Both the position numbers and the translations under genes were made by a program. A DNA stretch of 64,000 bases. It comes from an uncultured candidate division Zixibacteria bacterium (lineage in GTDB: Bacteria > Zixibacteria > MSB-5A5 > RBG-16-43-9). Position 1 is the stretch's first letter, and the number at the start of each line of letters is the position of its first letter. Below, in pieces: positions 30,597-40,365 of this stretch. The notes beneath the pieces were generated by a model. It did no database searches. It saw nothing but the letters and a program-made list of their open reading frames with translations, and was not told the origin of the DNA. The stretch spans positions 160,001 through 224,000 of the forward strand of contig OY970208.1 in the NCBI GenBank assembly GCA_963713865.1, read 5' to 3'.

Positions 30597-32049
30597 ATGC
30601 TTTACAAATCTACAAGTCATTGCGAGGAGTTTCGCCAAAGGCGGACGACGAAGCAATCCGTTGACTTTGATACCAAGCCCTTATTCATACTTTTCCTCTT
30701 TTTCGCCTTATCCTTCACCCCCTTCACCAACCTTTATTCCCAACCCTCACAACCCGACACCGACTCCATCCCCTTTGCCTCAGCAGTCAACTATCTTGCC
30801 GGAGATGCTCCTTTTTCTGTTTTTTGTGCGGATTTAGATGGGGATTTAGACTTGGATTTAGCTATGGCAAATTATTATAGCGACAATGTCTCTATCTTAA
30901 AGAACAACGGGGATGGGACTTTTCAAACAAAGGTGGATTATGGTGTAGGAGATTATCCTTCTTCTGTTTTTTGTGCGGATTTAGATGGGGATACAGATTT
31001 AGACCTGGCAGTGGCAAATTGGGGTAGCTACAATGTTTCCATCTTGAAGAACAATGGGGATGGGACGTTTCAGGCTAAGGTGGATTATGGTGCAGGAGAT
31101 AATCCTGCTTCTGTTTTTTGTGCGGATTTGGATGGGGATACAGATTTAGACCTGACAGTGGCAAATGGGTATAGCGATAATGTCTCCATCTTAAAGAATA
31201 ACGGGGATGGGACTTTTCAGGCTAAGGTGGATTATGGTGTACGGTCGTATCCTCATTCTGTTTTCTGTGCGGATTTAGATGGGGATACATATTTAGACTT
31301 AGCCGTGGCAAATGCGGGTAGCGACAATGTCTCCATCTTGAAGAACAACGGGGATGGGACTTTTCAGACTAAAGTGGATTATGGTGCAGGAGATAATCCT
31401 TATTCTGTTTTTTGTGCGGATTTAGATGGGGATACAGATTTAGACCTGGCAGTGGCAAATTTTTTTAGCGACAATGTTTCCATCTTAATGAATTTGACTC
31501 CTCAGTCCCTCTCTTATACTTTGTGGTTCTTCGCCTACTCACCTGTAGATTTAATAGTAACAGACCCGAAGGGGGATTCAATCGGGTTAAGTTTCAACAC
31601 TATACCATTTGCCACCTATGACACAACTCAGAATGTTGGTGGCGACGAGGATAAAGATGATGTGGTTACTATCCCAAACCCCTTAGTAGGACAGTATATG
31701 GTTAAAGTTATAGCCGAGCCTGGCGCAGATACAGGCCATTATTCTCTAACCATAAAATTAGATGGAAACGAAGATAAACCTCTGGCACAAAATTTCCCCA
31801 TTCCACCACCAGAACCAGGTTGATACATACAATTATCCAGTTATCGAATATCTGCGAGGAGATGCGAATTCAGATAAGAAAACAACTGTCTCGGATGTGA
31901 TTTACTTGATCAACTATTTATTTAAGGGAGGACCTGCACCAGACCCTGTGTATTTAGGTGATGTCAACTGCGATGGCAAAACTACAGTTACCGATGTTAT
32001 CTACCTGATCAATTATCTTTTCAAAGGTGGACCAGCACCGTGTAGTTGA
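30597..32049 (+). CDS. Secreted FG-GAP/VCBS-repeat protein with C-terminal dockerin-type domain (extra base near 31813)
   Basis: Signal peptide, about five ADLDGDxDLDLAVAN repeats, and GDANSD..VSDVIYLINYLFKGGP twice in the shifted frame. Confidence 0.9.
30801..31490 (+). repeat. Intragenic 147-bp tandem repeats (FG-GAP units)
   Basis: Units start at about 30801, 30948, 31095, 31242 and 31389 with high nucleotide identity. Confidence 0.9.
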
Positions 32050-32169
32050 AAAGGAAAATCGAAAACAGAAAAAAGGAAGAAAGAAGATGAAAAGACGTGA
32101 GCATGATTCGTGTTTGGTGAGCGTGTCGGGGCAGTTCGCAGTGATAAGTTTTCAGCTTCGTTATATAGA

Positions 32170-32450
32170 GTAGGGACAGAACAGTGTTCTGTCCCCAGGT
32201 TATTTGCGACCCTGAGAGCGGTACTACGAAAAAGTATTAAGGATATTGAAGAAAAAATTCGTAGCGTTGCCGCTCCTGTCCTACGGATCAGTTTCTAGGA
32301 TGGCAACTATGTTTTTAATTATAGGGGATGGATTTTCCCCCCACATCTTCAGGGCGAGGTATCCTTGCCCCTACAGATTTTTTACGACCCTGTCCAGCAG
32401 TGGCTCCGCCAGACGTAGTCTCCTAATAGGAAAAGGGTCACACTACGAAA
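32170..32450. repeat. REP-like palindrome cluster
   Basis: GTAGGGACAGAACAGTGTTCTGTCCC, AGGGCGAGGTATCCTTGCCCCTAC, AAGGGTCACACTACGAAA. Confidence 0.7.
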
Positions 32451-32563
32451 ATAAAGACTCCCTGTCAATTAACCTTGCTAAACAGATTCTCCTTTCTTAA
32501 ATTTTACTTGAAGTAAATTACATAAAAAAGCAGAGTTTAACTTTCCCCTTAGAGTGCCTTGAA

Positions 32564-33382
32564 ATGAGTATAATCCAACCTAAACTTAAAAAAATCATCT
32601 CCGCCAGCCGGAGAGTTGATCTTTTGAGCTTTTATCCGGATTATCTAATCCAGAGAATAGAAGAAATCGGTAAGGATAATATCCATACATTAGTTATCTG
32701 GACTAAAAACCCTCTTAATATCTTCAAAAATAAACCCTTGAGAAAATATCTTAAAACCATAAACCAGCTTTATCTTCTATTGACTGTAACTGGCTTGGGA
32801 GGAACTCCTTTAGAATCGAAAGCACCTGAGACTGATATGGTTTTAAAGAATTTACCAGATTTAGTAGATTTCTTAGGCTCTCCTTTGAGGCTGGCTTTAA
32901 GGTATGACCCCTTAATCGAGGTGGTTTATGATAAAAAAAATCACCTGACCAACATAGACCTGAAGCTTTTTCATTATATTTTAAACTCCCTTTATCCCCT
33001 GGGTATAAAAAGGGTTATAACCTCCTTCGTTACTCTGTATCCTAAAGTCAGAAAACGTCTTAGTAAATATAATTTTCAGATGATGGAGCATCCTTTAGAA
33101 GAGATTGAAGGTTTCATTCTGAAAAAAATGACCCCACAGGCTGAAAAGCTTGGAATTGAAGTTTCCACTTGCGTCTTGCCGGAGATAACCTCAAAAGGTT
33201 GTATCGATGGTAAAACCCTGATGGAGCTTCTTCCTCAGAAAGAGCCTTGCTCTCTGGTCAAAGATAAGAGCCAGAGGATAAGCTGTCACTGCACTAAATC
33301 CGTAGATATTGGCAGGTGGTTTTCCTGTCATCATGGATGTTTATATTGTTATGGAAATCCAAGTCTAAAAAAAACTAATTGA
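32564..33382 (+). CDS. DUF1848 family protein
   Basis: IISASRR, IWTKNP, RYDP, GCID, CHCTKSVDIG, CHHGCLYCY. Confidence 0.88.
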   Translation: MSIIQPKLKKIISASRRVDLLSFYPDYLIQRIEEIGKDNIHTLVIWTKNPLNIFKNKPLRKYLKTINQLYLLLTVTGLGGTPLESKAPETDMVLKNLPDLVDFLGSPLRLALRYDPLIEVVYDKKNHLTNIDLKLFHYILNSLYPLGIKRVITSFVTLYPKVRKRLSKYNFQMMEHPLEEIEGFILKKMTPQAEKLGIEVSTCVLPEITSKGCIDGKTLMELLPQKEPCSLVKDKSQRISCHCTKSVDIGRWFSCHHGCLYCYGNPSLKKTN

Positions 33383-33516
33383 CCACCGTATAACTCCCTC
33401 TTATTACTAAAGATAATCCCTCTTAAGTCGATAATAAAATAGAGATTTATCTTTAAAATAATAAAATAAAAATATGTAACCCCGAAAGAGAAAACTTTTT
33501 TTGAAAGAGGTGAGCT

Positions 33517-35433
33517 GTGAGTCAAGTCGATGAAAACCTTACGACGGCTACGCCGGGCTCGGTCCCCCGTAGGGAAGAAAACAGGCCTCTGGAAAACTCT
33601 CAGGAGATCAGAGATAATCCTGAGGAAACTAAAATAGCAGTCGAAGAAAGAAAAGAAGAAAATCCTGAAAACCCAACTCAATCTATGAAGAAAAAAGAGG
33701 GTGATACCCAGAAGATTGAGATCCAGTCCCCGATCGAGGCGATGATTGAAAAGCCCGAACCAGTATCTTCAAAACCCGAAAGTATCGAAAGAGAAAATCT
33801 GGTAGAGAAAAAACCGAAAAGAACGAGAATTTATAAGAGAAAAGAGAGGTTGGATTCCCAGGACAGTGTCCCTGAAACACCTGCAGCGGATGAGATAAAG
33901 ACCGTTGAATCAGAAGCTGAGACACCGGAACTGGATACCTTCGATCAGCCCAAACCCTTAGAAGAGCAAAAAGTCTCAACTAAAGGGATTGCTCATTTCA
34001 GAGAGAATGTAATAAAGATAGCCGGCGGGTTTAAGATTCATTCCGGTGACGAGATGAGAATCGGGGAACGGGAGTTTGAGCTCAGGCGCTTAGATCCCAG
34101 CAAGAAACCTTTCTACTGGGGAGCTTTTGCTTTAGGGATTGTAATCTTGTTCTTCATCTTTCAGCTCAATTTTACAGGATACAAAGATTCCGGCAAGATC
34201 GTGGGAGCGGTGATTGATAAAGGCACAGGTGCATTTGTTCCCGGTGCTATTATCGAGCTTAAGAATCTGGGGAAAAAAATTCACTCTAACGATTTGGGAT
34301 TTTTCATACTGGATGCCCTGCCAGCTGGCACCTATGAGCTGCAAACCCAGTTTAAAGGATTTAAACCTTCAAGGGAGAATGCAGTAGTAGTAAAGAAACA
34401 GATCACCACTACCCTGGTGGAGCTCACTTCAGAAAGTGAAGGGGTCTTACCTGCTCAGACAGGCTCTGTAGAGAAAAGAACCGAACCTCAAACTAAACCG
34501 GGAACCCCTAATCTACCTTCAGCCTCAAAGTCACAGTCAGGTTCCATCAAAATAGAATCCAATGTTCCGGGCGTGATAGTTTTTATAGATGGAGAATACT
34601 TGGGAGTGGGGAATAACGTTTACGCAGACATCGCACCCGGCACTCATAATTTAAGGCTGGCTAAAGACAACTATCAGGACTGGACCGGTAATGTGACAGT
34701 CAAAGAGAAGAAAACCTCCGGGATAAAGGCAAACCTCCCTAAAATCGAAACCTCATCCAGCTCTGCTCTTTCTGCTAAAGAACAGACGGATTACTTCACT
34801 TCAGCTCAAAAAGAATTCGATGCCGGCAACTATGCCGGAGCAGTGGAAAATTTCAACAAAGGTCTCCTGGTTAATTCCGATAATCCGGAGGCTTATTTAG
34901 GAAGAGGAAATTCCTATCTTAAGATCGGTGATCAGACCAAAGCCCTGGCAGATTTCTCTCAGGGAGCTAAGCTGTTTGAGGAAAAAGGTAATTACAATAA
35001 AGCGGCTCTGTGTTATACTCAGACGCTGAATGTTACTCCAGGCGATTTTAATGCTCTTTACAGCCGGGCACAGGATTATATCAAAACTGGGGAATACGAA
35101 AAAGCAGTTACGGACCTGAAAAAGGTGACCGAACAAAATTCAAAATTTTTCAACGGGTTTATGGAATTAGGGAATGCCCAGTATAATTCCAAAGATTATT
35201 CAGGAGCAGTGGAAAGCTACTCTAAGGCTAAAAAGCTGAACTCCAACTCCAAACAGGTCTATGTTAAATTAGCACTTACCTACACTGCCAAGCAGGATAA
35301 ATCCGGGGCAAAGAAAAATTACGAGAAATTCAAAGAGCTTACCACTCTGGTTGACCGGGAAAGTATGAAAGACGACCCGGAATGGGTCAATGTCCTTAAA
35401 TTCTTAGGAGAGGAAACCGAAAAAGAATTTTAG
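33517..35433 (+). CDS. Membrane-anchored protein with carboxypeptidase-regulatory-like, PEGA and TPR domains
   Basis: Charged disordered N-terminus, one TM, GAVIDKGTG..VPGA, IESNVPG..VFIDG..G, C-terminal TPRs. Confidence 0.85.
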   Translation: MSQVDENLTTATPGSVPRREENRPLENSQEIRDNPEETKIAVEERKEENPENPTQSMKKKEGDTQKIEIQSPIEAMIEKPEPVSSKPESIERENLVEKKPKRTRIYKRKERLDSQDSVPETPAADEIKTVESEAETPELDTFDQPKPLEEQKVSTKGIAHFRENVIKIAGGFKIHSGDEMRIGEREFELRRLDPSKKPFYWGAFALGIVILFFIFQLNFTGYKDSGKIVGAVIDKGTGAFVPGAIIELKNLGKKIHSNDLGFFILDALPAGTYELQTQFKGFKPSRENAVVVKKQITTTLVELTSESEGVLPAQTGSVEKRTEPQTKPGTPNLPSASKSQSGSIKIESNVPGVIVFIDGEYLGVGNNVYADIAPGTHNLRLAKDNYQDWTGNVTVKEKKTSGIKANLPKIETSSSSALSAKEQTDYFTSAQKEFDAGNYAGAVENFNKGLLVNSDNPEAYLGRGNSYLKIGDQTKALADFSQGAKLFEEKGNYNKAALCYTQTLNVTPGDFNALYSRAQDYIKTGEYEKAVTDLKKVTEQNSKFFNGFMELGNAQYNSKDYSGAVESYSKAKKLNSNSKQVYVKLALTYTAKQDKSGAKKNYEKFKELTTLVDRESMKDDPEWVNVLKFLGEETEKEF

Positions 35434-35545
35434 TTCTTATTTGGAGTGCGTCCATACGGATGCATTATAATTACAGATAATTCACTTCATCTCATCGCTA
35501 CACTCTAACAAAAAGACCCCTGCCCCCTGGCGGGGGTTTTTATTG

Positions 35546-35720
35546 GTAGAACAGGCATCCTTGCCTGTTTTGTTGTAGAAACCTTCAGGTTTCCATTCTT
35601 ATTAATCAAAATCGGTAGAACAGACCTTCTCTCTGTTCTACGAGTAAAATTACGTAGTTGCCCATGGTAGAACAGGCATCCTTGCCTGTTCTTTCAGTCA
35701 GACAAAAATGTCTGACTTAC
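35546..35720. repeat. REP-like palindrome cluster
   Basis: Two copies of GGTAGAACAGGCATCCTTGCCTGTT, plus GTCAGACAAAAATGTCTGAC. Confidence 0.75.
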
Positions 35721-35849
35721 CAGCTATAAAGTGTAATGGAAACCTCAGGTATCCATTTTTATAAGCACAGACACAACTCCTATGCAAGAAGGTAGATTCT
35801 TTTGAAAACCTTCCTTGACAAAATATAAAAAAAATGTAAGTTTTGAGTT

Positions 35850-36527
35850 ATGTGCGGACGTTATACCATAACCGTTAAAGAAGAAATCCTTATCCAGAGA
35901 TTCAAGGTTGAAGATTACCAGGGAGAGCATTTCCCCAGATTTAACGTTGCTCCCAGCCAGAACAATCCCGTAGTTTTAGTCAATGAAAAGAATAATAGAG
36001 CGATGTACCCTGTGAGATGGGGATTAATCCCTTCCTGGGCAAAAGAAGAGGCTATCGGGAACAAAATGATCAATGCCCGAATAGAAACAGTAGCTGAAAA
36101 ACCTACTTTCCGGACCGCTTTTTCTAAAAGGCGATGTTTAGTCCCTGCGGATGGGTATTACGAGTGGAGAAAAAACGGTAAACCGGGCAAAAAGCAGCCT
36201 TTCCGGATAGTCTTAAAATCCAGAGAGCTTTTTGCATTTGCCGGATTATGGGACCTCTGGAAGAATCCAGAAGGAGACACAATCCGCTCTTATACTATCG
36301 TCACCACAGAAGCGGATGAATTAGTGGGAAAGATTCATCCAAGGATGCCGATTATACTCAGACCCGAAAATGAAAATACCTGGATAGACCCTAATCTACA
36401 CGACCCTAATACCCTTATGAAACTCCTTTCCCCCTATCCTGCTGATTTAACCGAGATGTATGAAGTATCCTCTCTGGTAGGAAATCCAGGTGTTGACGTT
36501 GAGGATTGTATCCTGCCTGTTAAGTAA
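35850..36527 (+). CDS. SOS response-associated peptidase (SRAP; YedK/HMCES family)
   Basis: MCGRY N-terminus, WGLIPSW, INARIE, RCLVPADGYYEW, IHPRMP. Confidence 0.95.
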   Translation: MCGRYTITVKEEILIQRFKVEDYQGEHFPRFNVAPSQNNPVVLVNEKNNRAMYPVRWGLIPSWAKEEAIGNKMINARIETVAEKPTFRTAFSKRRCLVPADGYYEWRKNGKPGKKQPFRIVLKSRELFAFAGLWDLWKNPEGDTIRSYTIVTTEADELVGKIHPRMPIILRPENENTWIDPNLHDPNTLMKLLSPYPADLTEMYEVSSLVGNPGVDVEDCILPVK

Positions 36528-36598
36528 TAGTTGTTATTTAAAATGGTAGAACAGACATCTTGTCTATTCTTAACTTAATGTAGCGACTGTCTTGAAAA

Positions 36599-37524
36599 TC
36601 AAGCATTTTTTAAAATGGCATTACAGATAATTAGTAATTTGCGCATCACCGCAACCACGGCTACTTTTTTTGCCTTTCCTGAAGCTAATAACCTCTGATA
36701 AAACTCTTTTAGCTTCTGGTTAAATCTTATTGCTACCAAGACAGGCATATACAGGATCTTCTTATGAGTCCACGTCCTCCACTTATGAAGCTTTTACCTT
36801 TCCACTTGCCACTCTCTCGGTTGAAAGGTGACACCCCCGCCAACGCAGATATCTTTTTCCTATCTACTCTCCCCAACTCAGGTAAACAAGAAAGTAAACT
36901 TATAGCGGTGATAAATCCCATCCCTTTTTCCCTTCTTAAAAATCCAACCTTCCGCATAATCTGATCATCTTTTTGAGCTAATTCCTTTATCCTCTCATCC
37001 ATCAGCTCAAGCTCCTTCTCCAATACCTTGATTATCCTTTTAAGGCTTTTTGCCTTTTCCCTCTCTGCTATACGAAGCCTGTTTTTCTCTGCCACTACCA
37101 TTTCCTGCAACTCCTGCCGCCTTTTGATAAGCTCCTGAATCTCCAACTCCATCTCACTTATCTCCCCTAACTCCTCTAACTTCACCACCTGTCCAAATCT
37201 GGCTATAACCCGGGCATCAATCTTGTCCGTCTTCGCCAGTTTTCCTATCCCCCTGGCAAAATGCCTTACCCGTGCAGGATTAACTACATGAGCCTGAATC
37301 CCTAACTCTCTTAACATCCTCCTACAAACCCGCTCATACCCTCCTGATGCCTCCATAACTACCAACTCTACTTTGTTACCCCTTAACCAAGATATGAACT
37401 TCTTAATACCTTTCCTGGTGTTGCTGAAGGTCCGGCGGTGTGGATTAGCAGTATCATCTGCCAAAAGAATGCAAGCTTCAAGCTCCTCTGAACTAACGTC
37501 AATCCCGCAAACTATCTGTTGCAT
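36599..37524 (-). CDS. IS110 DEDD recombinase/transposase (1-bp frameshift near 36762)
   Basis: GIDVS, VMEASG, VVNP, KTDKIDA, RESG (Ser), ISGGR; the shifted frame continues KILYMPVLVAIRFN..FYQRL..GKAKKVAVVAVMRKLL; AAGGAGG SD. Confidence 0.93.
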
Positions 37525-37556
37525 AACTACTCCTCCTTTAGTATAATTTAATTAAC

Positions 37557-37755
37557 TTGCCTCTGGTAGCCCATACTTGCTATGCGGTCTTTTTAACCAT
37601 TCGACTGTTCGAGCTTGCAGAGGCACAAGGGACCTTGCCGACGACCAAGCTACGAACGAGCTTTTAGCCCAAGTGCGACACGATCTGTCGGCAAGGTTCC
37701 CTTCCACCATTGGGTGAAGGGTATATCCCTTATTCACCTGTAAAATATAAACATA
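37557..37755 (-). ncRNA. IS110 bridge RNA (target-binding and donor-binding loops); ends approximate
   Basis: Stem AAGGGAACCTTGCCGAC/GTCGGCAAGGTCCCTT encloses GTCGCACT and TTCGTAG (match target); stem GCCTCTG/CAGAGGC encloses ACAGTCG and GCAAG (match element junction). Confidence 0.85.
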
Positions 37756-37985
37756 ATATTCAATATACAAGTGCGACCCTTTCAGGGTCGCTTGATATAT
37801 GTGTAAGACAGTAACATCTGATTTGAAGCTTTTGTAGCGGAAACCCTCAGGTTTCCATTGGAAACTTAATATGACAGCCTTACCCTAACCCTATCTTAAA
37901 GAGAGAGGGAGAAGTATTTCCCTCCCCATAGCAGAGAGTCAGACAGGAATGTCTGATCTGCTATCGTTAGGCATAAAACACGCCG

Positions 37986-38678
37986 CTACTTAATCGCTTT
38001 GTGGATGGCACTCGCTCCAAAAAGCAGCCGTTTGAAGGTAACCTCCGAAAAACCGGCTTCTCTTATGATTTCTGCGTATTCTTCTGCTGGATAGAATCGG
38101 GGAATCGTCTGAGAAAGGTAAGTGTAAGCAGATTTGGAACCGGAGATTATCTGACCTACCGGTTTAACTGCCAACCGGATGTAGAGATGAAAGAATTTTC
38201 TGATGATTTTAGACTTCGGCTGGCTGGTCTCCACGCTCACAAATCTTCCCCCGGGTTTTAAAACCCTGTGAATTTCCTTGAGAGACTCAAGAAACTTATC
38301 GCGGTTAAGGTTTATATTCCGCACCGCAAATGAAATTGTCACCAGGTCAAAGGTATTATCCGGAAAAGGGAGGGTATTAATATCGGAGAGTATGAAAGTT
38401 ATACGGGATGACTCTTTTTTCTCCAGGGCTTTACGAATCATCGGAAAGCTGAAATCTGCAGCGAATACTTTAGTCTTTTCCGGAGCAAGCCTGCGAAGAT
38501 AAGAAGCCATCTCCCCGGTCCCAGAACAAATATCCATCCACATCTCCCCACCATCTGCAACTGATATTCTTGCTGCCTTTTTGCGCCAGAAAATATCCAT
38601 CCCGAAGGTCAAAATATGATTAACCAGCTCATAAGTCTGCGGAACCTCAGAAAAAATTTTTTTAATACCTTCTTGCAT
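37986..38678 (-). CDS. UbiE/MenG-family methyltransferase
   Basis: YELVNHILTFGMD..WR, DICSGTG, LPFPDNTFD, RVLKPGG, YTYLSQTI. Confidence 0.85.
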   Translation of the reverse strand: MQEGIKKIFSEVPQTYELVNHILTFGMDIFWRKKAARISVADGGEMWMDICSGTGEMASYLRRLAPEKTKVFAADFSFPMIRKALEKKESSRITFILSDINTLPFPDNTFDLVTISFAVRNINLNRDKFLESLKEIHRVLKPGGRFVSVETSQPKSKIIRKFFHLYIRLAVKPVGQIISGSKSAYTYLSQTIPRFYPAEEYAEIIREAGFSEVTFKRLLFGASAIHKAIK

Positions 38679-38811
38679 AAGGCATTTTTATTGATGCGGA
38701 AATTGGATTTTCCCGCTTCTGGCGGAATCCTGATGACCTGCACAAAATCCAATTCGGGAATTCCAATTCCCGAATTAACAAGAAACATCGGACGTTACGT
38801 TTTGTTCTCTT

Positions 38812-39762
38812 TCATTCTAATACATACCCTTGAAAAGCTTTTACTGCCGATTGATACCCTTCCTCTATCCTCCACTGGATCGTCTTCTGGGAAAAATCCA
38901 GGGAGTCTCCCAAATCCTTATCCGGCTGAATCAGGATGGTTTTGTAAGCTCTATAAACATCCTCACTATTTTTCTTTTTAAGAGTAAAACCTTTTTCTTT
39001 TGCCTGTTCCACCAGATAGTTGATGGTTAAATACTCCTGAATGTCAGAGTTGAAAATCTCATTGATGGTAATTTCGGTTAAAGACCTTTTGGCAATCATC
39101 AAGAAGTTCTTGGAAGCCCTGGGATCCGGTTCTAATTTCGACAGCTGGCAGTTGACGATTATAACCTCTGTGGGGTCCTCATCCAGGATGTCACCCAGCG
39201 GGCTGACGTTCCGGACCCCGCCATCCACAAGGTTTTCAAGGTGCAAATTATTTTTCAGGTTAATCTCTTTGATCGGTTTCCAGATAAGAGGAATGGCAGT
39301 TGAGGCTAAAACCGCTTTTCTAAAATCCTCATCCTTGTCAAAATCAGAAGGCTTAAGCGCTTTATACTCGCCTGAAACCAGTAATACAACCCCAACTCTC
39401 AAATCATATTTATCTGACTTTACGTCTTTGAGAAAAACGTGCTGGTCTAATTTTTCCTTTAATGGCTTGTTGCTCAGAACCGATTTTGCGCCGAACAATA
39501 TTTTAAAGACTGCAGTCCAGGATATTTTCCCTTTATATACCTGGTCATTTGACATGTTATTCCATATCTCTTTTAATTTATCATACTTTTCCATCGCCAG
39601 CATAATCCCGTTTAAGGCACCCACCGATACGCCAGCTATGATGGAATAATCAAAGCCCGGGAATTTTTTTCTGATCTCTTCCTCGATATATTTTATTGCC
39701 CCAAACTGGAACGAGCCCCAGGCATTCCCCCCGCTTAAAACCAATGCTATCTTCCTCGACAT
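38812..39762 (-). CDS. Patatin-like phospholipase
   Basis: LVLSGG, GVSVG (GxSxG), ASTAIP, VDGG. Confidence 0.92.
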   Translation of the reverse strand: MSRKIALVLSGGNAWGSFQFGAIKYIEEEIRKKFPGFDYSIIAGVSVGALNGIMLAMEKYDKLKEIWNNMSNDQVYKGKISWTAVFKILFGAKSVLSNKPLKEKLDQHVFLKDVKSDKYDLRVGVVLLVSGEYKALKPSDFDKDEDFRKAVLASTAIPLIWKPIKEINLKNNLHLENLVDGGVRNVSPLGDILDEDPTEVIIVNCQLSKLEPDPRASKNFLMIAKRSLTEITINEIFNSDIQEYLTINYLVEQAKEKGFTLKKKNSEDVYRAYKTILIQPDKDLGDSLDFSQKTIQWRIEEGYQSAVKAFQGYVLE

Positions 39763-39874
39763 AAACCCTCCCTTCGAATACTTATGATAATGATTTAGTT
39801 ACTTAGGTCAACCATCTCCGTCAAAGGCAGAGTGGTTGACATTTTTTTGTCTATTCAAAACCTCCGAACTTTTA

Positions 39875-40288
39875 TCATCGGTTATCAGATCCTCTGTCCT
39901 TTCCATAAGTGAATTCTCTGATGTGCATCCCGTAGATTTCATCAAAACCTAATTTTTTATAGAATGCTCCTTTATCCGGATCAGTGATTAAAACAATATC
40001 ATAATAACCCCTAAGATGCGAAATCGCCAGATTCACCAGATGCTTGCCAATCCCTTTTCCTTGATGGAGCTGGAGAACTTCAACCAGAGTGATAAAGGCA
40101 TGCATCGCTCCATCGCTAATTGCTGTAAGAAAACCTAAAAGCTTCCCCTTTTCCCTGGCAGTGATTATTAGATCAGACCCGGCTATAAGCCTACCTTTAA
40201 TCTTTGAGGAGGGAGGCGATTTCCAATTCTGGAAAAAGGAGTCAAGCTCATCCTGCATAACGCTGTCATTTATTTTATACTCGATCAT
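39875..40288 (-). CDS. GNAT acetyltransferase
   Basis: QGKGIG motif A, FYKKLGF; ATG 40288 preferred because the upstream TTG lies in a REP. Confidence 0.85.
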   Translation of the reverse strand: MIEYKINDSVMQDELDSFFQNWKSPPSSKIKGRLIAGSDLIITAREKGKLLGFLTAISDGAMHAFITLVEVLQLHQGKGIGKHLVNLAISHLRGYYDIVLITDPDKGAFYKKLGFDEIYGMHIREFTYGKDRGSDNR

Positions 40289-40365
40289 CTCAAATTTTGT
40301 AGGTCGCAATCCCCGATGTATCAGAAGTCACCTTCTGTCTACAACATACTTATCCTACTATGCTC

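Larger units (their letters stand above)
36584..37771 (-). mobile_element. IS110-family (IS621-like) insertion sequence inserted in a REP
   Basis: Flanks rejoin to GTAG|TGCGACCCTTTCAGGGTCGC; AG (CT on minus) core at 36582-36583 and 37770-37771; no terminal IRs; long non-coding end upstream of the transposase. Confidence 0.9.

Noticed and set aside
30801-31490. CRISPR-like repeat array
   Set aside because: The units are contiguous 147-bp coding repeats without unique spacers; no cas genes in the window.
37552-37770. 72-aa ORF upstream of the IS110 recombinase
   Set aside because: Overlaps the structured bridge-RNA region, starts at the element boundary without an SD, and has no protein-like features.
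38812-39762. Patatin as a CBASS CapV effector
   Set aside because: No cyclase (CD-NTase) or other CBASS gene nearby; neighbours are housekeeping-type enzymes.
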